Positions 51,291 through 63,309 of a stretch of 64,000 nucleotides of DNA are shown here, piece by piece. The notes below the pieces were generated by a model that saw nothing but the letters and a program-made list of their open reading frames with translations, was not told the origin of the DNA and ran no database searches. Source of the stretch: Octopus vulgaris (taxonomy: Eukaryota); assembly GCA_951406725.2 (NCBI GenBank), contig OX597817.1:52204001-52268000 (forward strand). Direction: 5' to 3'. The translations under genes were made by a program, and so were the position numbers. Within the stretch, counting starts at the first letter, position 1. The number at the start of each line of letters is the position of its first letter.

Positions 51291-54200
51291 TAATTAATTT
51301 GCTGCTTTCTGGAATTAGCAGCCTTGATTAAGACCAAGCTCACCAGTAGTAGGAGGTATTATCTCATAAAGTACAATCTCAGCTAATCATGGTACAGATT
51401 TCTCTTTTCTCTATGCTTCCTAGTTTTCTCTGCCCCCTCTCTCTCTCTCACAGGCCTTATTTTCTTTATTGATTCCTTTGATGTCACTAGAAAATATGGG
51501 AACTGGAACAAATTTTATATTCATAAGAACACAGGTTCTTTAATTGATCTGAGAAAATATGAGGGGAAATCTAAACTAACTGATAAAGAGAGGGGTTGAG
51601 GAGAGGCAATTAACAAGCTCTAATTACATGACACAGCAGAAGCAGACTGCCATAAACACGTCTATAAAATCATTCTTGCCACACCTGTCAGGTGTTTGTT
51701 TTGTTTTGTTTTAAATAACCTATGACAGTAGATGTGAATCTATGCTTTGGACTACTGTACTGAAATGAGATCGATTTAAAAAAAAAAAACTAACATCAAA
51801 GAATTTCAAATCAAACCCCACCAAGTATCACAACAAAATATGAGAACATATTAGTCGTTATAGTTTCTAGTCAGAGGAAAATGGTCTCCAACTAATAAAT
51901 ATACATTTAACAGTTATCTTCAAAAATAACAAGAGGTTTTGTTTTTTTTAATGACACTTGTCTTCAGTGTTCAATAAATTACTATTGGACATAATAGCCT
52001 CCACTCTGACAAGTGACCTACTAAATCACCAATATCATATCAAACTGTTGCCACCAATGTATAAACAGTTCAGCAAATAAGAAGCTAAAGATTCAACATA
52101 AACATGGCAGTAAGATAAAGCATTTTTCACTTCCCAACCATGTGGTTTTAGGTTCAGTCCCACTGCACAGCACTTTCGGCACCTTCTACCATAGCTCCAG
52201 GCCAAGCAAAACCCGTGAGAGGATTTGATAGATGGAAACCAAAAGGACCCACTACTAGCATTTTAACACCTACTTTACCATGCTTGCATTGGTCAGCTGA
52301 AGTCGACTGAGATTGACTTTGTATGACCAGATGCCCTCCCTGCTGCTAACCCTCACCTGTTTCCAAGCAAGGTAATAATTCCCTATGGCCAGACATGATT
52401 TTCACAGAATAATAGAAATGAATGACACAGCCTGCATAACAATGACATTCGTCTGCAACTATCACACAATGCCAAGACAAGGACACCCACATAAATATAA
52501 ATAGTAAATGCGCTTTTTTCAATTTCCACCTACACAATCCATTCCAAGGCTTTGGTGAGCCATTGGGGAAGGGGGTATAGTAGACGACAGTTGTCAAAGA
52601 TGTCACACAGTAGAACTGAAGTCAAAACCATGTGGTGAGGAAGCAAGTTATTAACCATGTTTACATTTGTGCTTCTCCAAAAATCAATGAGCAGCAAGCA
52701 GTCATGTGGTTATCATTTTCCCAACCAAGAAATAAACTGCTGATCTTTGTAACTTCGAAAGCATTGTGTAGCGTAAGAGATTCCTTGTTGGAAAAAGTTA
52801 ACACTTACAGCAACGAGAAGGACGTCCAGCTATAAACAATACCTAAACAATATTTGTCTAACCCATGCTAGCAGGGAAAAACGAACATAATAAAACAAAC
52901 AGAAAGTGCTGAGACAAAGATAAGTATTTCCAACTAAAGCACAATGAAAACATCTGGGGTTTTTTTCTTTTACTTGTGTCAGTTATTAGACTGTGGCCCT
53001 GCTGGGGCACTGCTTGAAAGGTTTTAGTCAAACAGATCAACTCCAACACTCATTTTAAGTCTGGTACTTATTCTATCTTTCGCCAAACTGCTAATTTACA
53101 GGGGACATAGACAAATCATCATTAGTTGTCCCCGCCCCCAATTAATTAATTGCAATAGCTGCCAACATTTATGAACCACATTTTCTGTCTATCAAGGATA
53201 CATTTCTATCGATTGAGCCTACGCTGAGAATAATTCCGCTAATTCCTGGACTAATTTTTTTTTTCCCATACATATATGTACATATTCTTCACACTTATCA
53301 CAAGATTGTGACACAGAGGTTAAAATCAATGAAATCAATCAAACAAGAAACCCAGATGCTATGTTAAATAAAACCCGTGCGATATGCACAGAGAAAATAA
53401 AAGCTGAACTGAATGATGAAAATCAAAAACATAGAAGATGAAGGCAAAAAATATGAATATATAATTCTCAAAGTAGTTCATTTCTGAAGATTCACAACAA
53501 TTATATGAGTTTAAGCTTGTCATATCATATCAATACAGTAAAGAGGACAGATGTGCTCGTCTACACACACAGAATATTCAATTTATTACGCAAATATAAC
53601 TGGATGATTTTTTAAGTACATGGACATGGTATTGTTTGCACAATTGGATCTCTTTACTACAATCAACAATAAAAGAGTAGCATCTATTTTTAGCCAAACG
53701 AAATTGAGACAAATTCAAGTGACTTCCTCTCCATATCTAATAAAGTTTGAATTCATAATAAGTAGTTAGTAATTACAACACCTAAAACTGTATCACCATG
53801 ACTTAAAAAGATAACCGAATCTACTCATCATTTACCGCTGCTTTCTATGTCTCTAACTCACGGATCAAATTTAACTCTCTAACAGTTATTTTGAAGATGT
53901 GTGTATGTGAGAGACAGAACTTGTGTACAAGTGCGATAAAGCACTGGGTGTCTGTTGAAAATGAAACAGGACATTGTTTTTATTTTAAACCTACATAACC
54001 GATGACTGTCCACCCACATTCGATATGTAAAAATAATTAAAATACGTAAAACTAAAGGTATCTTTCCTAACCCGTCTCCTTCACAAAAAGAGCACCTGTT
54101 TACATCGACCAACTTCTGCATCACCTTGCACATGCAATATTTTTTTTTTTAATAAATGTTTAGTTTGAAAATCAGTGAAAGAGGAAGTAAGATTATATTA

Positions 54201-54507
54201 AGGTTGATGGGTTTGTGCAAGTGACTCATAGGGTCGAAACTAAGACTATCCACAAACGAGGAAATGGGTTGAAAAAGGAACCGACTTACAAAGAGGATGA
54301 AAAAAAGCATAAAAGACGAGGCGAGACTCTCCACTCCCTATTAAGTAATAATAATGAATGAAACGGACTCATGCGATATATGCTTGAGAAAATAGGAAAT
54401 AGAGGGGGAAATGTGAAAGGAGAAGAGGACATTGGGCCTTAAATCGCATTTATAACTTGGGAAGGCAAGGACGAAATTCTATCTGCTGTTTCTTTTATGC
54501 ACGTACA

Positions 54508-54543
<36 letters not shown>

Positions 54544-56761
54544 CACATGCAGCAAAGCATATGTTATCCGTTTAAACTAACCACAGTTCAATCTGATTTT
54601 AGTATTTAGGATGATGAAACCAAAGGTACAAAAACTTTTTTGCAGAATTGTCGGAAACCAAAATAAACAAAGAAGATCAAAGACAGATTTAAAAAGAACT
54701 ACTGAAGTACCAAAACTAAACTTTCCCTCGGCCATTAAGTCAAGAAGTCTAGGATGTCACAGAAAAGCGGTTGACAAAAAACGCCTTGCGATAGTTAGGT
54801 CTACAGGTTCAGTGCTCAAACCCCAGATTTTCTACTTCCGGGATACCTAAAATAAGTACCAGCCCATATAATCGATTGTATCTCTCGCCATTTACAATAA
54901 TAGAAATTTTTATGAAGCAAATAATGTGGTTAAATTCAAACAACATTTCTTCTTAAATGTGTAGCCTTGTATGATTGAGCGCTATGGAGATAGAGTTAAT
55001 CTGCCCAAAACGATGTCAGTTCGCTTACGAAAGCAGATTAAGGAAGATCACAACATTCTCTCTGCTCTTATGAGAGAGACTTTGTGTCGATGACATTACC
55101 GTTAGACTGGCGTATGGGATAGACCTATCTATTTACATGGTAAAAATTAAAAAGGCAAACAAAAAAACACGTTAAAGCAATATTTCTGGGTTCAATCCTC
55201 GATAGAAGGTAGCTGCTTTGATGTATTTGACAAAGGGAATGTAGAACTAAGGTCGTCACCGCACAGATCCCATTTTTGCAGAGAGAAAATAATTGTAAAA
55301 GCAATTTTCTATAGAGAACTGCTTCATTTTGGGATAATACTAACTTTCGGCGAGACAAACATTGCAATCATCTGATGATCTTGTATTTTTTCCACATAAC
55401 AGAAAAGCGAAAAAACCCAGTTTCCTTTGGGGTATCGAGAACCTATACGTGGTCGTTCTGCTCGAAATAGCAGCCAGACCTCACAAATCATATCCCATCG
55501 TCTTAGAAGAGGACATGTTGGGAAAAAGTGGTCCTAACATCTCAAGCACATAAGAAAAGCAAAAAAGCTGCGGTTGGATATTACATATATGTGTGTGTGA
55601 TTAGATTTGCTCGATCAGTGTTGACCTGGAGCGAAACAACCAAATTCTAAGCCTACAAGGCGATAGGAGAAGCAATGAAGCTCCAAATAAATGACTTCCA
55701 GTATTTCAGTGCCCCTACTTTTAAAAAAATTCAAACTAAACCCTTTTAAATTGTGTCCTGTTCTGAAATCAAGACTCACACCTTTACAGTATGGGGATCT
55801 TTGTTTAGTCTTTAAAAAATGTTTAAAAAAAAGTAAAAGCAGAGCAATTATCACCATCATCATCATTATTATTATGATGATGATGATGACAATAACGAGA
55901 GCTTTGTGCAACGTTAAGATCTGAGGGAACCAAGAACGCAATGAGGTTTCTTCCTATTTCCAGCAGAAACCGCTTCCGACTGGTTGCCAAAGTCTAAGAA
56001 AAATAATTTTAAAAAAAACCAAAAGCATGAACGTCACATAGGCCTCTTAGTCTGCACTGAAATATTCCGAGTATTTATCGCTTATATAAGAAACGAGAAA
56101 TATCATTGTTATCTTTTTTTTTTTTATTTCTTCTTCCGATACGATAACCTAATAAACGAGTGGGTGTCAGTGGTTGATAAACCAAGAGCTGGTAGCAGTA
56201 GTAATAGAGGTGGATGTGTGCTTGATGGTAGTGGTTGGTGGTGGCTTACACAACCAACCTATTTAACCCTCCCTTATATCGATGACACCATTTATCACAC
56301 AACAGAACTTATAACTTTCATTTACACACACAAACAAGCACGCATTTAATTCCAACCACATTCACCACTGTCTCAAAGTAATGGGCAACGAAGCCAATCC
56401 AACCTAGCAAACTATTCAGTAGCCGCCAATAAGTAAAAAAAAAAAAAAAAAATGTCATATCTTCTATGTAAAGTTTTACTAAAATACATACTTCAACATA
56501 CAACCATATATTATAAAATATTTCTAATCCACGATTTCTCGTCACTCGAAATACTTTTTATTCGTGGTACCGAGACGAAGAGGGAAAAAAAAGTTAAAAG
56601 TAAAACGTGTATGCGTGGCTACTGGTGTCACTAGCGATGGCCAACATTTTCATGGAGAGAAAGAGATATTTTATATATATAAAATAAAATAACCACACAC
56701 ACACGTATACGCACATACAAAAGCTATCAATAATTACATAAGCCCTCTTTATTTTATTTCC

Positions 56762-56765
<4 letters not shown>

Positions 56766-56807
<42 letters not shown>

Positions 56808-56840
56808 GTGTGTGTGTGTGTGTGTATATACACACACACA
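56766..56840. repeat. Compound microsatellite (TA)n(TG)n(CA)n; other (TA)n tracts at ~54513-54540 and 62694-62752
   Basis: Direct reading. Confidence 0.95.
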
Positions 56841-57964
56841 AATGAATATTAGTGAAGGCCGTTTACACTCACACTGCAAAGGCCTTGAAATGGATGTATG
56901 TATGTCTGTGTGTATGTATATATATACATATATATTATATATATAACCAACTTGTTGGCTTCCTACTTAATATCTTATCCTGCCACCCAACATTACCCCA
57001 CCGACCCTCCGAGAGGGAAATTAAACTTATAGGCCTATTATTATAAATTAGTAATTAACAAAGTCAAATGCTTCATGCTTGAGACGAAATGGCTTTTAAT
57101 TTCTGCAACCCTTGAAATTAACGGGATTTATAACATGCGGATATCAAAATTTCTGTAGCTGACAACACAAATTTTAAAGTATTTGCAAACCATTCCCATG
57201 CATTTCTTAATATCCATGAGATATTTATTTGTCTACCCCGTTAACACTTTCAGCTGTCCATCTTCTACATCGGTATGATCACCACGACCACCACCAAGAT
57301 CGAATTTAAATTTTATTTCTTTTAATCTTTTGTTTAACTTTAACTTTCATCGTCAACATTCTTTAATTTCAAGTAAAGATTATTATTATTTTTTTTTTTT
57401 TGTAATCGGATGCGTATGCATTTCGATCTGTTGGCTCCGTATGAGTTTGAGGAGTTTTATAAATACAAAATACAAAAAAAACAACAACCGAAGAAGACGG
57501 GGAAAGAAAAAAAAACGCCAGAGATTGAGTGACGTGTTGGGGGAATAAATAAATAAATGAAATTAATGGCAAAAAAGCAGAAAAAGTGTTAGTTTGAGTT
57601 ATAAAAAAAAAATCTCTGATAGATAAGTCCCGTGCTGCTATGGCGGGCGTCAGTTATGGCCGCTTCACAACTTCCTTTCCACCTTTCCAACCAACTAACC
57701 ACACTATCTCACTCTCGCTCGCTCACTGCAAATAATTCATATATTATCATCACACAGCTCAGCTCAGGCTGCATATACGAACGAAATACCACACAGCAAA
57801 ACAGCCTTTCTTCCCTCCAAACTCTCACACACACACCTTTTCTTTCAATGATCACGCACCCCTAATCCAACGTTCGGTTGTAATTATAGGATATATAAAA
57901 ATAAAGAAAAAAAAAAAGAGTGGTATCCCTCTTGCATCGGATCGATTTAAACGCAACAGTGTCG

Positions 57965-58262
57965 GGTACTACTCGAGAACAGTGGTCCCGGTGCGCGCAC
58001 TCGCGTTGTCGCGCATCCGCGCTAAACTAGTCATGACTAGTCGATCCTTACTTTGTGTTTTACTGTTTTAAGAAATTATTTACTTTGTGTTTTATTTACT
58101 TTCTTTAACAAAAATCATTTACTTTGTGTAAAAAAAATTATTTTGTGTTTTATTTACTTTGCTAGGGTAGTCGTCTGTAGGATCGACTAGTCACGACTAG
58201 CCAGCGCGGACGCGCGACGACGCGAGTGCGCGCATCGGGACCACTGTTCTCTAGTAAGTACC
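57965..58262. mobile_element. Foldback MITE with 84-bp CpG-rich TIRs and 9-bp TSD (Merlin- or Mutator-like)
   Basis: TIRs 57965-58048 and 58179-58262 (GGTACT...GATCCT / AGGATC...AGTACC). TSD ACAGTGTCG / ACAGTGTTG. AT-rich spacer of TTTACTTTGTGT repeats. Confidence 0.9.
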
Positions 58263-58950
58263 ACAGTGTTGCTACTGCAGGAAGGGGAAGAGAGAGAGAG
58301 AGAGAAATCGCAAGAGACATCGAAGTAGAAATATATAGAAGAAAGCAAGAAAAAACAAAACAAAAACTATGAGATAAAGTTCCCAAACCAGTGCAATACG
58401 AGTTGTAGTAGTAGTAATAATAATAATAATAATAATAGTGGTGGTGGCGGTGAACGTGATGCCCGTGTGATCACCATATGTCAATGGCGGCGAAGGACTG
58501 ATTTACACACATTGAGCAAACTCATACATACATATACAAACAACAATGGCTGCAGAGAAGAAAAAAACACAAATTATCACCTATTTTGAGTGTTTCAAAA
58601 CTGGGATGAAGAGTTAAGAGGTGAAAGAAACAACACGTAAGGTCAAAAACGATGACGAATGATGATGACATATCAACGAAAGGCTGCCATTTTCGTTTAG
58701 ATAGCGCATAAAGAAAGCTTAACTTAAAGTCTAGAACACTAATTTAAGTGTGTGGTAATGCCTAAGTAACAGATAAGGGGGGGAAAAAAACAAAACAGAA
58801 CCATTCGAGAGAAGACAAGTAAAACATATGCGATTCTTGATACTACCCTTTTTTAAATAAATCCAATTTAGATTGAATGGTAGGCTGGATGGATATGAGT
58901 TTAAAGGCCGTCCAAGAAAGAAACGAGTAATTAATATTCAAAATGCTCAC

Positions 58951-58977
58951 TTGGTAAACAGCTACCTCTCCCGACAT
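58951..58977 (-). CDS. YTHDF: YTHDF-family m6A reader, putative first coding exon (MSGEVAVYQ)
   Basis: ATG at 58977, then 9 codons ending in Q and a CAA|GTGAGC donor (phase 0). Size, phase and the terminal Q match exon 1 of vertebrate YTHDF1/2 as I recall it. Lies in the CpG-rich part of the window and joins in frame to the 25-nt exon. Confidence 0.7.
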
Positions 58978-60094
58978 CCTGCTTTTCAAGCCAGTTGGAA
59001 CAGCACTGCTTTCACAGTCGTCCAGATCATCCACGAAAATGAAGTAAAAAAGTTCTGACTGTCGTAAAAATGCAATCTAGGAGGCTGTCGGCAATTAAAG
59101 AGCAACAACCACCACAACAGTGTGCGGGGAAATGAAAATTCTGATGTGTGACTGGATAGAAAAGAGCGACGACGTGCGTTAATAGAATAGTGGGCTAGTT
59201 TTAGTTCTATATATACATATTATATACACGCGCATTATACATATATATATATATGTATGTATATATATTAAAGTATCGTTTCTCCCTAGCAACAGACCAT
59301 CACCCGTCTACGTTACTTTATCGATCATCACTACCACCGCCACCACACGTGTCATTTGCCCCGATCTCCCAAGAAAATATATCCAAATGTTTAGGGGTCA
59401 CGGCTAGGAAGAGGTCAGTAATTATGAAATATGGCACCGCCAAATAACGACACAAGAGTACCAAAAACAAAAAAAAAAAAGCTGGATTCGGACAGCTGAA
59501 AAAACAATAGATTTATGAAGAAATAAAATTACGAATTATATACACTCGTACGTACATAGAGGGAATGTGTATATTTTTTTTTGGTAATAATTTAAGTCGC
59601 TCTATCTCTGTCTCTTAAACACGTGTGTACGAAAACTCGCTGAAGGGATTAGATCTGGTTTGGATATAATAAATTTCATATTTAAGATATATATATGTTA
59701 CACCCCTGATTTGTTAATAGGCCTCGAATAAATATTGCGACCTGTCCGTTTCGTGAAACTGATTGGAGTGGGGGAGAGAAATACAAGGAGCAAATGCCTG
59801 TTGTGTATCAGTTGAGATTAAATGTGAAATAAATGAATGACAATCAAAAGAAGGAACAAATTACCTACCAACATTGCATGCTTCGCTAATTAAGAGTCTT
59901 TCCCTTTTGGCACAATATGGCAACAATATTCGTTGGTTGCTATAGCTTTATTACGTACGAAACAACACAGAAGAGAACCCCGACTTCACAATCACTCATA
60001 GACCGACAGTATACAGTCCTTGCCACACACACTAATGAAATCCTATCTTACAATAAAGCAATATAACATAAAAAGCCAACATTAAGCGAGAGAT

Positions 60095-60400
60095 ACGGGG
60101 AAAGAGAAAGAGTGTTTTTGTGTCAGTAAGAGACAGGGAGAGAGGGAAGAAAGAAACAGAAAGAGAATGGGAGGGAGAGACAAAAAAAAATTAGAGAGGA
60201 AGAGAGAAACGGACAGAGAGAAATAGAGAAGGGGAGAGAGAGGGAAGAAAGAAAGAGAATGGGAGGGAGAGAGAAAAAATAGAGAGGAAGAGAGAAAGAG
60301 AAAGGGAGGGAGAAAGAAATGGAGAGAGGGAAGAAAGAAAGAGAATGGGAGGGAAAGACAAAAAAATAGAGAGGAAGAGAGAGAAATAGAGAAGGGGAAG
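60095..60400. repeat. Polypurine (GA-rich) imperfect tandem repeat
   Basis: The unit GAGAGAGGGAAGAAAGAAAGAGAATGGGAGGGAGAGA...AAAAAATAGAGAGGAAGAGAGAAA recurs about 3 times. Confidence 0.9.
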
Positions 60401-61468
60401 TATGAGTGAATGAGATAAGAAATAAACAGCCACATATATACACGGTGAGAAAAAAAGAGAGGAGGGAGAGACAGCCTGAAGGCGACAAGAGTGTAGGTGT
60501 GTGTGTGATAATAAGTCATTAGACGTTTTTTAAAAGCACAAGCAACTTTAATTTCCTGAAAAAAATGTTTAAGCCGAGATCTTCCTGACTTGAGAAGACA
60601 GGCAAAAAGAAGAAATAAACGAGTGAATTTGTCGTCGATGAAACGGGGAGGTTATCGAATCTCATACGCTTGGTTCGGCGGAAGAAGCGAGGGGTTTGAA
60701 AAGGGTGGATCTCGTATCTGTGTATAAATATGTGGTGTTTAAATTTACCAACGGGGAGAGAAGGGGGAGATGCACTCAATACATGATGTAGAGTTTATAT
60801 TCATTTGTTCGAAGCTGAGGCTTTCTTCCGTCGCAACTGAATTTAGTTTCCGTTTTCCAAAGCGAGTCGCTGTGAAAAACGGAAACGCGAAATTATACTG
60901 ATGAAAAAAGAATATATATATATATATATATACACATACACACAGATATACGTGTGTATGATATGTACACATGCGAATGTAAGAAACCTGTCAGTTTTCG
61001 AATGTATTAACGATCAAAGCTGTTCCAACTGTGACCATCCCGTCTTTTTTTTTTTTTTTAATATCTAGGACTGTTTTTAATATCTATCCATTGTGCTCTA
61101 AAGACAGTGGGGGGATGCTGTACTATGGAGATTCGGCCGCTATTTCTAACAGGTTAAGTAACCACATGTGGACTTTGTCGTCGTCACACCGTGTCATGAG
61201 CTGCTGTTCATCTGCAGGCGAGTTCCGTCCGAACAGAACTATGATTAAAGGTATTCCGGCCGTGGCCATCCCGTATTTTGTATATGCCTGACACTTCCAT
61301 GCTCCAGTGTCTTTTCGTTTTCAAAATAACAGGCAGTGATTTGAGAGGCATTTCGCTACTATTTCCTAAAAAGTCAAGCGACTACATAGATGCCTATTTG
61401 TTGTCCCGTTTCTTCAAGTAACTTTTTTTGAACAGAAAAAGACTTATGAAATAAAAAAGCGGTTTAAT

Positions 61469-61880
61469 AGGCGCAGACATGGCTGTATGGTTATAAGTTT
61501 GTTTCCAAATCACATGGCTCCGAGTTCGGTCCCACTGCGTATCATTTTGGGCAAGCGTCTTCTACTAAAGCAAGCAGGTCGACCAAAACCTTACGAGTGG
61601 ATTTGATAGTTGGAAATTGAAAAACACTCATCGTGTATGTATATGCATATTCGAGTGTGTGTATATAATGAGTGTATGTGCTTCTGTTTGTCCCTATCAA
61701 TTGCCGTTGATTTTATTCACGTCGCCGTAACTTAACGGTTCGCCAAATGATACCAGTGGAATAAGTACCAAGTTTGAACAAAGGAAAAAGTACAGGGATC
61801 GATTTGTTACACCTAAACCGGACAGGAACAGTGTCCCAGCATAGCTGCAGTCCAATGAATGAAACAAGTAAAAGATACAG
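61469..61880 (+). mobile_element. SINE family B
   Basis: GGCGCAGACATGGCTGTATGGTTATAAG...GAGTTCGGTCCCACTGCG head. Confidence 0.85.
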
Positions 61881-62465
61881 CGGGAGAAAAATTTTAAAAG
61901 CACGGGAATCCGAAGAAATCGGGGCAGGATACCCGGTCATAATCGAATAGTGTTATTTCCACCCTCGGTTTTTGGTCACAGACCGAAGTAAAGCCTACAT
62001 TCGTGGTACAATGAAATCGAAAATAAACGAGAAAACTGAGAAAGTATTTATTACACGTTATGTATCTGTAGGTATGGGTGACCAAATTATATCACAAACA
62101 CGTTGTTACTGGACTGCGGCAAGGCTGGGGCACCACTTTCAGGGGTTGACTTGAAAGAATCAACTCCAGTATTTATTTCAAGGAACATGGAACAAAATTA
62201 ATGTCGAATTGCTAAGTTACAGATACGTAAACAAACGTACTTCGATTGTCACGTGGCAAAGGGATACATACGCACGCACACACGATATATGTGTACGTGT
62301 GCGCATATACATGCATACATACACACATACATACATACATACCTGCATGCATGCATACATACATACATACATACATGTATATTAATTCACTCCTAATTAC
62401 ATTTAGTAACGGTGTCGCGCAGAAGGACTGAACCCGAAATCACATGCCTGCGCCTATATGTATAT

Positions 62466-62650
62466 ATTATTGTGTCTGGGGAGAATCATTCTCTTTTAGT
62501 ACCTTAATACTTAACACAATCACCGGTTCGATTTCCACTTAATTACTTATTTATAGAAAAACTAAATAAGTAAATGAGTGGAAATCGAAACGGCGAGTGT
62601 GTTAAGTAATAAGACACTAAAAGAGAATGACTCACCAGACACAATAAAAT
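62466..62650. repeat. ~90-bp imperfect inverted repeat (palindrome) with a 9-nt loop
   Basis: TTGTGTCTGGGGAGAATCATTCTCTTTTAGT...TTACTTATTTA | TAGAAAAAC | TAAATAAGTAA...ACTAAAAGAGAATGACTCACCAGACACAA. Confidence 0.9.
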
Positions 62651-62691
62651 ACACTTCAACAGACGAATCTTACAAAGCGAATACAAAATCG

Positions 62692-62754
<63 letters not shown>

Positions 62755-62785
62755 TATATGTACGTGTGTGTATACACACAAAGGT

Positions 62786-63055
62786 GTTCTTTTAACGCCC
62801 ATGTTCCATGCTGGCATGGATTGGATGGTTGGATAGGAGCTGATGAGCCAGAGAACTGCGCCAAGATCCAATAACTGCGTCAACGTGGTTTCCACAGCTA
62901 GATGCCCTTCCTAATGCCAACCATTTGACAGATATACTGGGTACTACCTCCAGCGAAGTCACCAACTAAAAAGAAACAAGACCACTCAACCGAGGTGGAG
63001 GGGGGGTTATTGACTGAGGTGGCTTTATTCCAGGTGATGAGCAGTTACTTGCTTA
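62786..63055 (-). mobile_element. Diverged RTE 3'-end fragment
   Basis: TTTAACGCCCATGTTCCATGCTGGCATGG...GATGCCCTTCCTAATGCCAACC. Confidence 0.75.
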
Positions 63056-63075
63056 GCATTGAGATTACTCTGTCA

Positions 63076-63309
63076 CAAGGCGGCGAGCTGGCAGAAACGT
63101 TAGAACGCCGGGCGAAATGCGTAGTCGTATTTCTTCTGCCATTACGTTCTGAGTTCAAATTCCGCCGAGGTCGACTTAACCTTTCATCCTTCCGGGGTCG
63201 ATAAATTAAGTACCAGTTACGCACAGGGGTCGATATAATCGACTTAATCCGTTTGTCTGTCCTTGTTTGTCCCCTCTGTGTTTAGCCCCTTGTGGGTAGT
63301 AAAGAAATA
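63076..63309 (+). mobile_element. SINE A full length, CpG-intact
   Basis: 15-bp TSD GAGATTACTCTGTCA (63061-63075 and 63310-63324). Confidence 0.93.

Larger units (their letters stand above)
57400..61300 (-). promoter_or_regulatory. CpG-retaining 5' region of YTHDF (promoter, 5'UTR, start of intron 1)
   Basis: Visibly higher CpG density than the gene body, surrounding coding exon 1. Several ATGGC(G) YY1-like cores and candidate upstream 5'UTR donors near 60667 and 60748. The TSS cannot be determined. Confidence 0.5.

Noticed and set aside
58978-59034. N-terminal extension MDDLDDCESS... of YTHDF
   Set aside because: The track's start is a GTG; the first in-frame ATG is at 58977.
59864-59910. 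Alternative micro-exon PKGK-like sequence with a GTAA donor
   Set aside because: It has an in-frame stop and the wrong phase; the 36606-36630 exon fits far better. It could still be 5'UTR.
60082-60519. Hydrophobic F/L/S-rich 'membrane protein' ORFs
   Set aside because: Translations of the CT-rich strand of a simple repeat.
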